Part shown: one piece after another, positions 37,650 through 50,700 of the stretch
Numbering within the stretch: the stretch's first letter is position 1
How the letters are laid out: each line of letters starts with the position of its first letter
Assembly (NCBI GenBank): GCA_958009085.1
Contig: OY253676.1
Span: 62,001-126,000, forward strand
From: Protoeuglena noctilucae
Taxonomy: Eukaryota
Direction of reading: 5' to 3'
Length of the DNA: 64,000 nt
Notes under the pieces: model-generated
Told to the model about the DNA's origin: nothing
Databases searched by the model: none
What the model saw: the letters and a program-made list of their open reading frames with translations, nothing else
Position numbers and translations under genes: made by a program

Positions 37650-40600
37650 ATGGGCGGTGCGGCGGCCTGGGCCAAGGCCGTGCTCTCTTATCGGGAGGGC
37701 GCAGCCTTCGAGGCGCGATGCCCGAGGTCGGCCTTTGGTGCCCGTTAATCCGGTTGCGGCCTGGGGGTGTGTCGCCATCTGTCTCGCCGGCGGCGGCATT
37801 GGCAAGGAACCGGGGGGATGTGCGCGGGGCAGAGCAGCGCCGTTGCATCGCGCCGATCCGCGTCGACTGCACTGACGGTTCTTCTTCGCGAATCGCTTGC
37901 GACGACCCGTCTGTCGGCGCCGCTCGCGTGCCGTCGGCGCGGCCCGGCGGACATGGGCCTCAACTACCGCGGCTGCCCTGGGCTTGCTCGTTTGTCGCGA
38001 ATATCGCGCGCCTCTGACCGATTCCACCCCGCATCGCTTCGCATCGCAGAGCCAAGATCAGCTGGGGATGCGCGAGCGCGTCCAGCGCCGGTGCGGGCGC
38101 CTCGCTCACCGTGCGACCCGAGGGTGCGCTTGCCCGCGCGGCCGGCGCTCGCGGGTATCGGGTCCACGCCGCAAACGCGCGCGATGACCCGCCAATTCCT
38201 TTCCCGCTTTCCGCAGCCCTGCGAGCGGCGCACGTGGTCCTGCAGCGGCTCGCGAGGGAGTGCGGGGAATGCGGTCGTCAGCTCCAGCTGGCCCCCAGCG
38301 GCGCGGGTTTGCCCCTGTCGGAACCGGACGATGAAATGGACGTCGTGGATTCGCGAGGCGTGGGGCCTCCCCGGCTCCTGGATGCCTGCTTGGACCGTCT
38401 GGTCGAAGGCCTGGCCCACTTGAGGCGAGTCACATGCATGGGCTGAGGGGCTAAGCTATGGTTCTCATATGCACACGAGCTCTTGCATGTACACGCACCC
38501 GCACCCGCACCCGCACCCGCACCCGCACCTCCTTCACCCTGCGCATTCTCCCTCCCCACCCCTGCAGGCCCGCGTCCCTCGACTGCCTCCCCTGCGACCT
38601 GGCCCAGCTGCTCCTCGACCGCGTCATTGAGATGGGCACCCTCACGGAGGCCCACTTGCCCCTCTTCGCCTCACGATATGGGGTGCTGGAGCTGCACTTG
38701 GGGGGACCCAGGGGATACCCTGGAGTGACGGGTGAGTTTCTGAAACTGTGCATGGCTGGAGCAGGAGTGCAGATGCGCGATCGTGGGTACATCCACGCAT
38801 CCCTCGTTCACATCTTGCCAGCTACCGTCTACCCACTCCTCTCACCCCTTTCACCCTCCCCTCTCACCCTCTGACCCCTCTGACCCTCCCCATTCCCGCC
38901 CACCCCCAGACGCCTGGGTATGCCCCCTCCTGGGCCCCTCCCTGGTTCGCCTGGACCTCCACGGCTGCGCGGCCGTCACCGACACATCCCTCACCGCCGT
39001 CTCCACCTGCCGCTCTCTGACCGACCTCGACCTGTCCGGGTGCCAGACCCTGTCCTCCCGGGCCCTCGCACGGTGCCTGACGCACCTCCCCAAGCTGCGC
39101 TGCCTCGCACTCGCCGGCTGCCCCGGTGTCGACTCGGACGTCGTCGCTGCCATCGCCAAGCTCACCCGCCTGCGGTCGCTGAGCCTCGAGCGATGCCGGG
39201 GGACTTACGAGCGATGCAGGGGCGGGGGCGTCGAGCGACATGGGGGGGTCGCGAAGCCGGACCCGCGGGCGCTTGCAGACCTCGCGCACTTGCCTGGTGA
39301 GGTGGTGTTGTGGGGGATGAGAGCATGAGATTACTGCGTGAGATGCACTTGCTTGGTGACGCTGTGGATGCACTTCCCTAGTAACAGTAACGCTTGTATT
39401 CTCTTACTCTTCCCCACCCCACCCCATCCCGTCCCATCCCACCCCACCCCACCCCATCCCATCCAATCCCACCCCACCCCCAGCCCTGGAGCACCTCTAC
39501 TTGGGGTGGACGGGTGGCGCAGTCACAGGCATGCACCTGGCTGCGTTTGGGTGCATGAAGGGTCTCAAAATCCTCGACGTTTCCGATGCTACGATCGACG
39601 CCATGGACATTGGGGAGCTGGCGGGGCTGTCGGGGCTCACGGCGCTGTGCCTGGACCGGTGCATGAGAGTGACCGAGTCCACGCCCACACGGGGAAAGGT
39701 GAGGGAGGGGTGGGGCTGAGGGGTGGTGGTTGTGTTGTGTGGAACTGATGTGAGTCCTCGCCATCTTTTGGCAAGGCAAGATGGTGCGCAAGGATCGCGC
39801 TGTGAGGGTGCGTCGACTGTCAAGCGGGAGTCTAAGCGTGATGGGTGGATGTCGAGAGTAAGAGGGGCTGACTGTTAGTGACCATCATGATCGTGACTTA
39901 TTTCTTCTATCCCCAGAGCATCAGCAGCTCTGTGACGATGGACAACGACGACGTGGAGGGCCTTCAGGTGTTGCTGACCATGCCGCGGCTGGCCAGACTG
40001 GTGAGGGATGGGTGATGGAGGGTGGAGAGGTACAAAACGAGGCATAGTTACAGCACAGATGAGATGCAGAGACCGACATGATTATGCCATGCAGCCGCGA
40101 TCGACGATGAATGCGATGGATGCTGACGCTGTGACACATCGGCTGCGCATTGTGTGGGGCCATGCTTAGCGCGTCGCCTGTGCCACGGCCCCTCTCTCAC
40201 CTCCCTTCCCGCAGTCCCTCCGCGGTGTGTTAGTCAGCGGCGTGGATGTCCGAGACTACATCGCCCAGGTCTCTGAGCTGGAGAGTCTGTGGTGAGCGGC
40301 GGCTGCTGTTTGTGAACTGGCGGCCCGTGGTTGTGAGATGGTGTGCAATGGCGGGGCCTTGCTGGAGATAAGCACTCCGCGAGGAGATAAGGAAGCATTT
40401 GTAATGGGATGAGGATCGGGTTAGGGTCTAAGTGTCTTATATGCAGTGCCGTGCAATGCATGACCCACTTCACCCTATCTCTCCCCTTCTCTCCCCAGCC
40501 TCGCCGAGTGCGACATCGACGACGTCTGCTCCCTCTCGCATCTCTCTCGCCTCTCCCGCCTCTCTCACCTCGACTTGGAAGACACGGACGTGAACGACCA

Positions 40601-41890
40601 GGCGTGCATCGGCATCGCCAAAGTGGCCACGCTCAGGGAACTCAACCTGACCGGTGAGGGGGTGATTGCGGGATGTTTGATATCACAGTGTTACCATGTG
40701 CCGTCCGCTGTGGATCCCTCATGTTGCCCACGCCCACCCTCGCCACGCATCGCCCCACTACCTCACCCACCGTCACAGCCCCCACCCGCACCCCATCTCG
40801 ACTTACAGCACTCACTTCATCTCCATTCACAGACACGAAGGTCTCCGATGCGGGCGTGTCCAGCCTTACTCGCCTGGTGCATTTGGAGAGATTGGACCTC
40901 GGTCACTCGGATGTGGAAGACATGGCGTGTGACCACCTCTCGCACCTCACGTCGCTCACGGCATTGGGACTCGACTGTGCGAACGTCACGGACGCGGGCG
41001 TGAAGAGACTGGCGACACTTAAGGGGCTGCGGGTGAGGGTGGGGTGTGGTGTGGGTGTGGGTGGGGGTGAGGGTGAGGGTGTGGGTGCGGGTGCGGGTGT
41101 GCGTGGGGGCTGTGAAGGTGGGGTGAGGGTGTTACATGGGGTAACCCTGACATGTGTCGAGTGCGGGTGTAACACAAGTAAAGCCCCACCCTTCTCTCTA
41201 CCCCAGGAGCTGGACCTGTTCAGCGCCAAGCTCCACGACGAGTCGGTGCGCATTCTGGCACGCATGTCAGGCCTGACGCGGCTGGAGGTCTGCGGGGGAA
41301 AGCTGTCGGACGGGAGCGCGGTGCACCTGGCACAAATGAGGAATATGCGGGCGCTGTCGCTGGCACAGAACGGGAAGTGAGTGACTGAGGGTGTGGGTGT
41401 GCGTAGGCTCTGTCACTCTACCCAAATGCGCTGTAACTCTGCACCACCCATACCCATGTAAACACCCCGTCTATTATGTGCCCGCAGCATCACCAGCCGG
41501 ACCTGCGCCGCCCTCGCCACCCTGCCCTCCCTCACCGCCCTCAACCTCTCCCACACAAGTGAGGGGCGCATGCTGCATAGAGCGTGGCACTCTGCACACC
41601 ACGAGCGCACTGAATCAATGACCATCGCTGCTGGCCCTCTTCCGCAATCCGCACCCACCCATGCAGCCATCCCATTCCACCCCATCACCAACCCCACACC
41701 ATACACAGCCCCACCCACGCACCCATCCCACCCCATGTCACCCCCCCCAGGCATCGACAACGAGGGTCTCGCAGCCCTGGCCGCCCTCCCCGGCCTGGTC
41801 AGCGTGGCTGCCACCAACACATGTGCGGATGCGCGGGGGGTGGCGCGGCTGCGAGACGCATCAAAGAGCGTCGTCCAGATTGCCCTGTAA
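37650..41890 (+). CDS. Leucine-rich repeat (RNI-like) protein, plant At1g15740/FBXL14-like family; 5' exons uncertain
   Basis: N-terminal LLDACLDRL..SLDCLPCDLAQLLLDRVI..YPGVTDAWV segment, then many LxxLDLxGCxxVTD repeats (38910-41890). Stop TAA at 41888-41890. The candidate start MGGAAAW at 37650 is tentative. Confidence 0.8.
38495..38529. repeat. (GCACCC)n hexamer microsatellite in an intron
   Basis: About 6 units in the C-rich 3' arm of an LRR-gene intron. Confidence 0.9.
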
Positions 41891-43187
41891 GAGACGGACT
41901 GAGAGAGAGACGAGAGAGGTGCATTCCGGTTGGCTGTGTGTGAGGGGCGCGCTCACACCGATAAGCCCGCCCCATGCCGACCCGGGACTAAGCCTCTCAG
42001 GTCCGCCTGGCTGTGCGGCAAACCCATCGGCACCCACCGTGATAAACAGGAGAGGTCTTACAAACAACGAAGCCTTCCTTCTTTGCAAGCAATAGACTCT
42101 TGAGCATGTGCACCACATGCTAGCACTCACGCTCACACTCGCACTCGCCGCGTCCCTTCCCAGCCGCTCCCCCAGATGCAGCCGCTAGGTACTAGCTACA
42201 ACGTTCGTGCAGGACGTGTATTTGTCCAGTCATGCGCCCCTCGCTTTCTCCGCCACATTCCCACTCTCTTGCGCCCCCTTTCCTTCGCTCGCCAGCACAG
42301 CGCATAGGCCACGCTTTGAATCACTGTAAACCCCAGCACACGCTCACGAGCCTCGTCGCAAGTGGCCAGTTCGATTTTCATGTTTTCAAATATTGCTAGG
42401 AGAGCGGCACAGGCTCGGCGGTGCAGGTACATGCACTGAGGGCCAGGGGTGGTGCACACGCCCAGAAGCGCGACATGGGCGCAGGGGTGCAATGCAGCCT
42501 CACAGGCTCAACATGACACATGCGTGACATGCGATGGGCAGCAACGGACTCTCAGGGCATCGGCGGGTGATGCCCTGTGGCGTGCAGGGGTCCGGGTAAC
42601 AAAAGCGACCAGGGTGACAAGGGTGACGAGGTGACAAGGAAAGCAAGGGTTCGGCATCTATTGCGTGCTCTAAGCCACGGGGTGAGCTGCCCTGCCCTCT
42701 GCGACAACCTACCTCAATGCACAGTGGCAACCTCGGGGTATGGCGAGGGAGGGAGCAGGGGCGGCGCAACCCATAGCGTGAGAGGGGCGCAAGAGATGGC
42801 AGGAAAGGGAGCGCCAAGAGCGGTGTGTGACAAGGCTCAATCGTACAAGTAACAATGGCAAGCATTCCAAGAAAGAGCCACCCGGCTCGGAAAGGAGTCG
42901 CGCAAGGGAGTGGGGGTGACGTCGCAACTCGTTGCCGTCAGCCGGGTGCAGAGGCAGCACGCGGGGTCCGTGAGGGTCCGCGGAATCGATGGAGAACGAG
43001 GCGGAATGGTGAGAGAATTTCACAATGCGTCTGCGACCGGGGGGGGGTGCATTGGGAGCGTGAACTGCGGTGTAGGTGCGGTGGGGTGCATGACCCTGAG
43101 ATAGACCACGAGAGACATCAGAGACAATCGACACTAGTAGACTGACTACGTCTAGCTCCTCACAAGCTCCTCACCTGTGCTGCGTCC

Positions 43188-45051
43188 CTACTCCGGGCTC
43201 CTGGCCACGCCCACGCGCTGCCGCAGGTTGTCAGCCAGGCCGCCGAGCCCCTGTGCGCATCGCAAGAAACGCCGTTGTTGGACTTCCACTCGATTTGAGA
43301 ATTACACACAACCAACCGCTTCCCTCCCAAGCAACGTGACATCTAGGAATCTCATGATGTCAAGATTCCAACTCCTGACATCCCACATCAGATAACCCAC
43401 GACCCACAACCCGCAGACCCCTTCCCTCACCTCCCCCACACCCTCCTCGTCCCCATCCTCTTCCTTCGCTAGCATCGCCTCGAGCCCCGCCTCCATTCCC
43501 GATCCCTGTGGCGACAGCCGCGGCACCTCCCCAGATCCCCCACCCCTCTCCAGCTGCCCCATCCCACCACCACTCGGGTCCAGCCCCTGCAACCCCAACG
43601 CCGCACTCCGCTCCCGCCCGGCCCTCCGCGCCGTGACGCTCTTGTTGGCGTTATCTAAGGTGTCCCCGAAGTGCACGGGGGCCTCCCGTTTGAAATACTC
43701 CTCAATGTCAAAAGGGAGCATGGCCGTGCGGTCGCCCGTGGGCGCCGCGAACTCGATCTTTTTGCTCTGGGGATGGCGGGGGTGTCACAGGGTGTGTGGG
43801 AAGGGTGTGAGGTATGTAAGGGTTACAGGTACTGCAAGAGTGGTCAAGGGGCTGTGAGCGGGCGAGGGACTGCGCCGGGAGGCACAGGAGCGATGGGTGT
43901 GGCATGAACATAAACGTGGGTTCGTGTCTCATGTCAAAACAGCTTGGCTCTCACGTCCAAGTCCCAAAGCTCGAAGACGCAGTGGGGGACGTGGCAGCTC
44001 GCGGCCAGGGGGCGGATGATCGGGTAAACCCTCCAGACGGCGATCTGCGGGAGCGACCGGGGGAGCGGACGGGCGTGGGGCATGGCAGAAGCAAGGGCAG
44101 CGCACGATGCGAAGTTGCAGGGCGCCAGATGCAGCCATTCGTAGCTATGCTGCCAAGCAAAGCTCATGCTCACTTGGGCGGATAATACGCCTCCGAGTGT
44201 GAACTGCACGACGTGGGCGTCTTGGGCGGGGAGGACCGCCACCTTGTAGTGCCGCTCCCGCACCCAGTCGGCCTTGGCCCACTTGGCCTGTATAGAGCAA
44301 AAGAGGACCGTGTTTCCTAGCACTCCGTTAGGCAAAAAGGCGAGCTGCCGTGCTGACACAACCCTGGGCATCTCGGTGTGCATGCTCGAGCCCATGTGCA
44401 CTGTCCACGCACCTGGATCTGCGCGAGCCTGTCCCCCGGCTGCCCGCCCGACGTCCTGCGGAGCCTGGCCAGCGCTTCGGGGTCCAATCGGATGGCCACG
44501 CCGACCGCCTGGCGCTGGCGGTAGCTCTGCACTGCGTCCGTGTCGTCGAAGGTGAGGATGAAGGGACACGAGTCGGCCTCGGCGTCCACGGGGAAGGTAG
44601 CAGCTTCGGGACTGTCAAACCAAGCGACAAAAGCCTCCTCGACGCCCTCCACGGCGCGCAGGGCGCTCTCGTACGGCCCGACGTTGTCGCGGTAGACGAA
44701 GAGGAGCGGGCCCCAGGTCTTGCGCTCCGCCCGCACCCGACGCATTAATCCCAAGTGGTTCATCGCCCAAAGCGTCAACTGCGGCGGTCAACAGAGGCGG
44801 GTTCAGGCTCCTAGCACGAGGAGCGCCGAAGACCACCACCGCTTTGCGCTAGGAGCGCGCACCATGCTCGTGACGACGGCCACGGATACGAGAATGACGA
44901 TCGAGGTCCAGTCCTTGGTAAGGAGACGCCATATGGCCGCAGGGGTGAGCTCCAGCGCCTCGAGGTGAGCGTCAATGCGTGCCTTGTTGACCGCCGCGTC
45001 GAGAGCCGCCCCCGCATCTGCCGCGGCGGCGGAGGTGGCGACAGCTATCAT
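43188..45051 (-). CDS. TEX264-like protein: N-terminal TM helix, GyrI-like domain and disordered acidic tail; 6 exons
   Basis: Spliced: MIAVATS...SIVILVSVAVVTSM|LTLWAMNHLGL..LLFVYRDNVGPYESA..|AKWAK..VAVLPAQDAHVVQFTLGGVLSAQ|IAVWRVYPII..VFELWDLD|SKKIEFAAP..|GLGGLADNLRQRVGVARSPE*. The order GPY / LS..IA..RVYP / E...IEF..P matches TEX264 as recalled. Confidence 0.6.
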
Positions 45052-45340
45052 GGCGACCCGACCAGCTAAATGCCCTGTCATTTGGCCTTGCGTGGCGAAG
45101 CCCAGGCGTGGTCCATGGAACGCGAAGTGGACAGCAAGCGACGCCGAGCCCGTGCCACAGCGCATGTGTTTCACCTCCAAACGTCGTCACCCTGGACGGG
45201 AAAGTGCGGGCGGCGCGGTCAGACGCAAGTAAACATGTCAGGCTCTCTGTTGGAACCAGCCATGACCCAATGGCCGCCTGCGCCCTCTTACTGGTTAGCA
45301 TTCGCGTGATTGTGTAGCCGGCACCCAGCGCGCGCGCTTG

Positions 45341-47468
45341 ATGAGTGCCCGGCGCGCCTGCAGGGGACTGGGCGTTGTAGTGTGTCGTCTCGCTAATCGC
45401 CCCGCGGGGATTGAGTGCAGGAGGACGTCTTCCGCTGGGACCTCGACATCTTATGAATCAGGGAAGCCATCCAATCTCCCGTGGCACCGCGGATCCCACG
45501 CTGCACGCCTCCCTCCTCACCCGTTGTCCGTTTGGTGGGCGCGATGCTATGGCGGCGGTGGCACGGGGCCCTCCGCAAGCGACGATGACGGCATCGACCC
45601 CGCGGACGGGGCGGAGGTGACCCTCCCGGACCACCTCGCCGCCCTGGCCCTCCACCCGCGCCTCGGCCAGGCCCTCGCCGTGCTGCGCGAGGAATCGGAC
45701 GAGGATGCCTCGGCGCGCATCGACCGACTCGTGGACTACGGCGTGGTGTCCCCGACGGAGATGGACGTGCTCGTCAACATCCACCTGCAGGACGCCAGCA
45801 CCATTGCCCAGTCCCTTGCGTAAGCGCCACTGCATCACCGGGCGATGGCGCCTTACAGCACGGCCATGCCTGGGCCCGCACACGAGGTGGCGCTCCGCGA
45901 CAATCCCTTTCGCTCCTCCTGCACCCAGGCATGCTGCCCCCGGCCCCAAGCAGCCTTGGACTGCGCTGCCCAGGGTGCTCGTGGCGGGCGCTGCGCAGGC
46001 ATTCGGCGAGTTGAAGAGGACCATTTCGTGGAGGAGCCTCAGCCTCATGGTGAGACCGTGGTGACGTACGCGTCAGCGCGGCCGGGGCTGGCGTCGCTTG
46101 CTCTCAGACCTGCCGTGGAATGATGCCACTGAAAGCACGGCCTATGCTGGCGAGGAGCGCGCCATCAACGCGCGCCTCGCTCCCCTGCTCCCAGATCCAT
46201 GCGCTGGAGCGGCACCACTACCCGTTCGATGACCCCCACGTCGCGATGATCCTGGAAGAGGCCTTTCGGCGCATGGACATGGCCCTCGCGCTGCCCACCC
46301 ACCTCCTGCGCGTGGTGCTGGCATGCCTGCGGTCCGGGAGGCGCCTGGAGGGGTGGGAACTGGCGGCGGTGCTGCGCAACGCGGAGGAGGTCGCGCCGCA
46401 GTCCAACGTACAGCACATATGCAACCTCCTCTTCGCCCTGGGGTCCATGGGGCTGCAGGCCGGGCGGGACGTGCCGCACGCGTGGCTGGACCGGATGGTG
46501 GAGCACGTGAGGGCAGCGACTTGCTCCCGACGCAGTACTGCGAACGCTGCTGCCTATGCGCCCGGGACATCCTGCGAGATATGCCTTGGATGCTTTGCGT
46601 AAGGATATGGTCCGCGTGATCGTGACACGCCTCGTCTGCCCTCCCGTGGCGTGCAGGTGTCTGCGTGCTTTGACGACATGGTGGCTGCGGACGTGTCACA
46701 GGTGCTTCAGGGCCTGAACGGGCTGGGCTACGACCCAGGGCCGTCGATGATGAGGTCGCTGGAGAGATTGACACTGGCCAGGTGAGGCTGGAGAGGGCAG
46801 ACGGCTCAGGCCCGTGGCTGGGCTGCAGGGCTGGGTGTATCGACGAACGCTTGCTGAGGCGTCGCGAACGCACGCGTCTCGATTGCAGGCGCTCCGACAT
46901 GGACGCACCGCCCTTCCTCTTCGCGGTCGCTTCCATGGTGTCCCTCGGATGGCAGCCAGCTCCCGAGACGTGGGAGGTGTTGGAGGACAAGGTCCAGAAA
47001 ACGGGAGGTGAGTTGTTTGTTACAGTCACGAGTTGCGCCTTGCAGTCGAGGAGTCCGGTGCGACACCTCCCAAAAGCAGCGCGTGTTCTGCGCCGCAGAG
47101 TTCTTCACCCCTTCGCAGCTGGGGATGGCCTTGACTGCGTTCCATCGCGCCGGCGTCCGGCCGAGCCCAGATACCATGGCCGCGCTGGAGAGGGGCTGGG
47201 AGATGATCTGGAGCTCTGCATCGCGCGAGGCGCGCGTGCAGATCGCGGACGCCCTCGCCGCGATGCGGTGAGCGTGATGTAGCTGTGTACATGCACGCCG
47301 AGGGTCGCTGGCGATGCTGCCAAAGCCAACGCCTCGACTCGCTGGCACGAGCGCAGGTACATCCCCCGTCGCAGCGAGGTGAAGCAAACCGTCCGCGGGA
47401 GGATGCTCACGGAGGCTGCGCTTCGGACACGGGCGGCGAAAAACGAGAGGATGGCGAGGAGCCAGTAA
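45341..47468 (+). CDS. Organelle-targeted helical-repeat protein (OPR/HPR/FAST-like RNA-binding)
   Basis: Arg/Ser-rich transit-peptide-like N-terminus (MSARRACRGLG...WARCY). Degenerate repeats: QHICNLLFALGSMGL, DVSQVLQGLNGLGYDPG, FLFAVASMVSLGWQPAP, FTPSQLGMALTAFHRAGVRPSP. Stop TAA at 47466-47468. Confidence 0.6.
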
Positions 47469-47766
47469 GCTGCGGGGCCCCACGCACGCTGTCGGCCCCA
47501 TCTCCGCCTGGAAGGAGCGCTCTTTCTGAAAATGCAGTGCTGCCCTAACCCATTGCACGAAGGCCGGGGTCATACCCAGGGAGGGCAATGCCGTACCCGT
47601 CACGGCGCCGCACCACAAGGAGGACGCGGGGCGTCACGCTTGTTCACATAGATTAGCAAACTGAATGGCCCTTTGCGGGCTGTCACTCTGAGCCGATGCC
47701 TCAGAGAAAAGCATGAGCAGTCCGAGGCTTGGCCCCGCGGGCTCCTGAGCCCCGGGCTCGGAACAC

Positions 47767-50700
47767 ATGGAAGGGGGCGAGGAGATGGGCCGGCCGGCCC
47801 GCACGTTGTCGGAACGGGTGCGCCTCACGGCCTTGCCGATGTTTTGGCGACGGCGCGCGCTCTCCGAGCTCCTGCCGCCGGTCCGCGCCCCTGCGCGGGT
47901 CCGATCGAACATTTTCGATTGCTTCGTGCGCTGCCTCGGCCTCTCCGCCAGGAGAATTCCCGGCGCGGCCCGGCAAGGGCATCTCGCTGTCCTGGGCCAA
48001 CATTCGCGCCTGGCCGGGGATATGCGCCCTTGCCCCGCCTTGCTCGGTCCATGGGGTGGAGAGGCCGCGGCAGTGGCATCGCGCGCGCGAGATACCCAGA
48101 CCCCGTGTCGCATTCCCCCCGTGCATGGGGCTGCATGCGTGCGGGACGGGCAGCCGGGGTCCTCGTTGCTTGCGACGGGACCTGCGTTTCTCGCTTACAT
48201 AACTGCAACCCCTTCCACCTCTTGGCCCGCAGCTGGCGGAGATATTGGGGTCTAGGGCCTGGCTCGTTCTCCAGTGCGTGGCGGTGGCCGTCCTTGCCCT
48301 TCTGGATGTCTTGCTAGTGTACGCGCACTCCGATGATCAGTCTGTCAAAGTCGCCGTGTCCAGGTGCCAAGCGGGGGGCGGCGCGCCAGCGCAAACTGCA
48401 TCGAATGCCCCTGCCTGCCCAAACGCCTCCCCGCGCGGCGCCCGCAGCAACGACGTCGGCCTCGATCTGTTTGGACTCAGCTCGCCATTCGTCTTGCTCC
48501 TGCTCGCGGACACCACCCTCAACGTCTTTTTCCAGAGCGCCGGGACCGTGCGCTTTTTCTCCAGGCGAGCGACGCGCCCGCGGGCAGGGCGTCGCTCGCC
48601 AAGCGCGGTTGCGATGCACGCGGCATCGAACCCTGAGCGCGTTGCCGCTCGCAGGGACGTGCTTTACATGGACGCGCTCCTGGACATTGGCACGCTGGGG
48701 GGCTGCTACATCTCCATGGCAGTCAACACCAGCTACTGGTCCGACCCGCTCGCATTCCGGAGGTGCGGGGCCGCATGTCGGCCGCGTGCCCGCGTCGGCG
48801 AGTGCCCAGCGGCACCTGCACGTGCCCCCCGCTCCCCGCCCGCAGCGGCTCATTCGACGACTGGGCGGCGTGGACGACCCTGGCCAAGCAGCGGTCGGCG
48901 GGCGTCACGCACGCCGGGCTGATGCTCATTTTGTTCCGCGTCGGCATCAGCGCTTACCGCTACCACTGCTGGAGGGTGCGCAGGCCGCATGTGCGACGCG
49001 GGCACACCCGCAAGCGAGCGCCAGCCGAGCCCGTCGGGGTCGCAAGCGCGCTGACGTGGATGCCCTACCATTTCCCGCGCAGGCCGTGCTCCGTGGAAAG
49101 CTCCAGGACAAGGTCCAGACGTCCCGCAACATACGCGCGCTACTGCTGGGCATGACAATCATTTCCACCTTCATGTTCCTGTTCGTCCTGCAGGCGAGCT
49201 GCAGCAGCGCTGCGGGCTTCTGGCTGCGTCCGTGCCACGCGTCCATAGGCGCCCTCCAGGCTCAGCACGGGCAATCCGCAGCGTGCACATCGTGACGTGC
49301 CCACCGCCCGCCCTCGCAGCTCGTGGTCCAGCTGTCGGTCAAGGGGGCCTGGAGCGCCGTGCTGAGCGGCCCGCGCACCATCGCCGATGCCCTGGGTCAG
49401 ATCTCGGAAGGTGGGCCATTCGCGCGCGCGTCCGGTGCCATCCATCGCACCGAGCGACGCCCCGACACTCAGATTCAAACAGACCCTTCCCAGCAACCGC
49501 ACCGGATGACGCCCCACCCCCGCAGAGTCCGACTTCATGGCCGCCGCCCAGGCGACGGTGGCTGAGCTGGGCACGTCCGAGAACGCTGGGTCCTGCCACA
49601 CCATCCTCAGCGTCTCCAAGGGCCCATGGCGAGCCGACAGCCCCCTCCTCAGCCAGCTGCACTTCGAGCACGTGAGCAGACTGCATCGGGTGCTGCATGG
49701 GGTGCGATCATCACCCATCACTCCTGGGCTGTCCATGCACGGCCTGGGGCAGGGACCGACCGTGAGGTCAACCTCACCCTTTTGACGCTCATGGAAACCC
49801 TCTGGCCTCGCTTCGTTCCCTCCAGGATTGGGACGAGGTCAAGGACCGCATGCCCGTGGCCTTCCTGGTCCCGAGCGACTACGTGGTGGAGGTGTCGCAG
49901 GGGAGCGTCGACATGATGCTCATGCTCACGCGGTGCGACTGGGACTGGAGCCTGCACGTCGCCAAAATCGTCTTCACGGGCATCATCCTCCTGGTGAGGG
50001 ATTAACAGCCCGGACTATGGCCCGCCGGGCGCACTGCGACAGCTGCCATGTGAGCAAATGCTGCATGACACACTGTGCTTGTGGCACCGGCACCGTCACC
50101 CACCCCCGGCTGTTCCACCCCCGCAGACGGTGCTGGTGGTGCACATGCTGGGCCAGAGCGGCGTCCTGATGCCCCTCTTCTCCCTCATGGCCGTCATCAT
50201 CGCCGCCGGCTCCACCCTCAACGACGAGGGCATGCTGGTGGACGTGGGCGTGCGGCAGAACAGCGACCTGGGCCCCGAGCAGGCCGTGGCGCGCGTCGTC
50301 AAGGCCATCAAGCTCCTTTGGAAGGCGTCCCTGCGAGGGAAGGCCGTCGTCAACCGACTCCTGCTCGAGGCCAACCAAACCATGGTGAGGGGACAAGGGG
50401 AACACCCAAACTCATCGCAAGCAGATTTGACTGTTACGGTTTCACTGCTACTGTAATAGTCGAGTCGTGACTTCTTCTGCTCTCCGCGCTGGCTCCATGC
50501 CACGGAGCTCGTGCTATTGGTATGTGCGCAACCCATTACATGCGACCCCCGTCTGCAGAGCCGGCCGTACCAGGAGCTGGGCGTCATGGCCATCTTCGGC
50601 GCATCGGACGAACGCGACAGGACCACGAGGCCGTCGAGAAGGGTGAGGAAGCCTGGCTTGGTGTCTGCAAGTGACGATCGACTGTCGGTGCGACGCTCGA

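Noticed and set aside
42577..42852. Collagen-like ORF (GNKSDQGDKGDE)
   Set aside because: Only a short 9-bp repeat between convergent gene ends, with no supporting gene structure.
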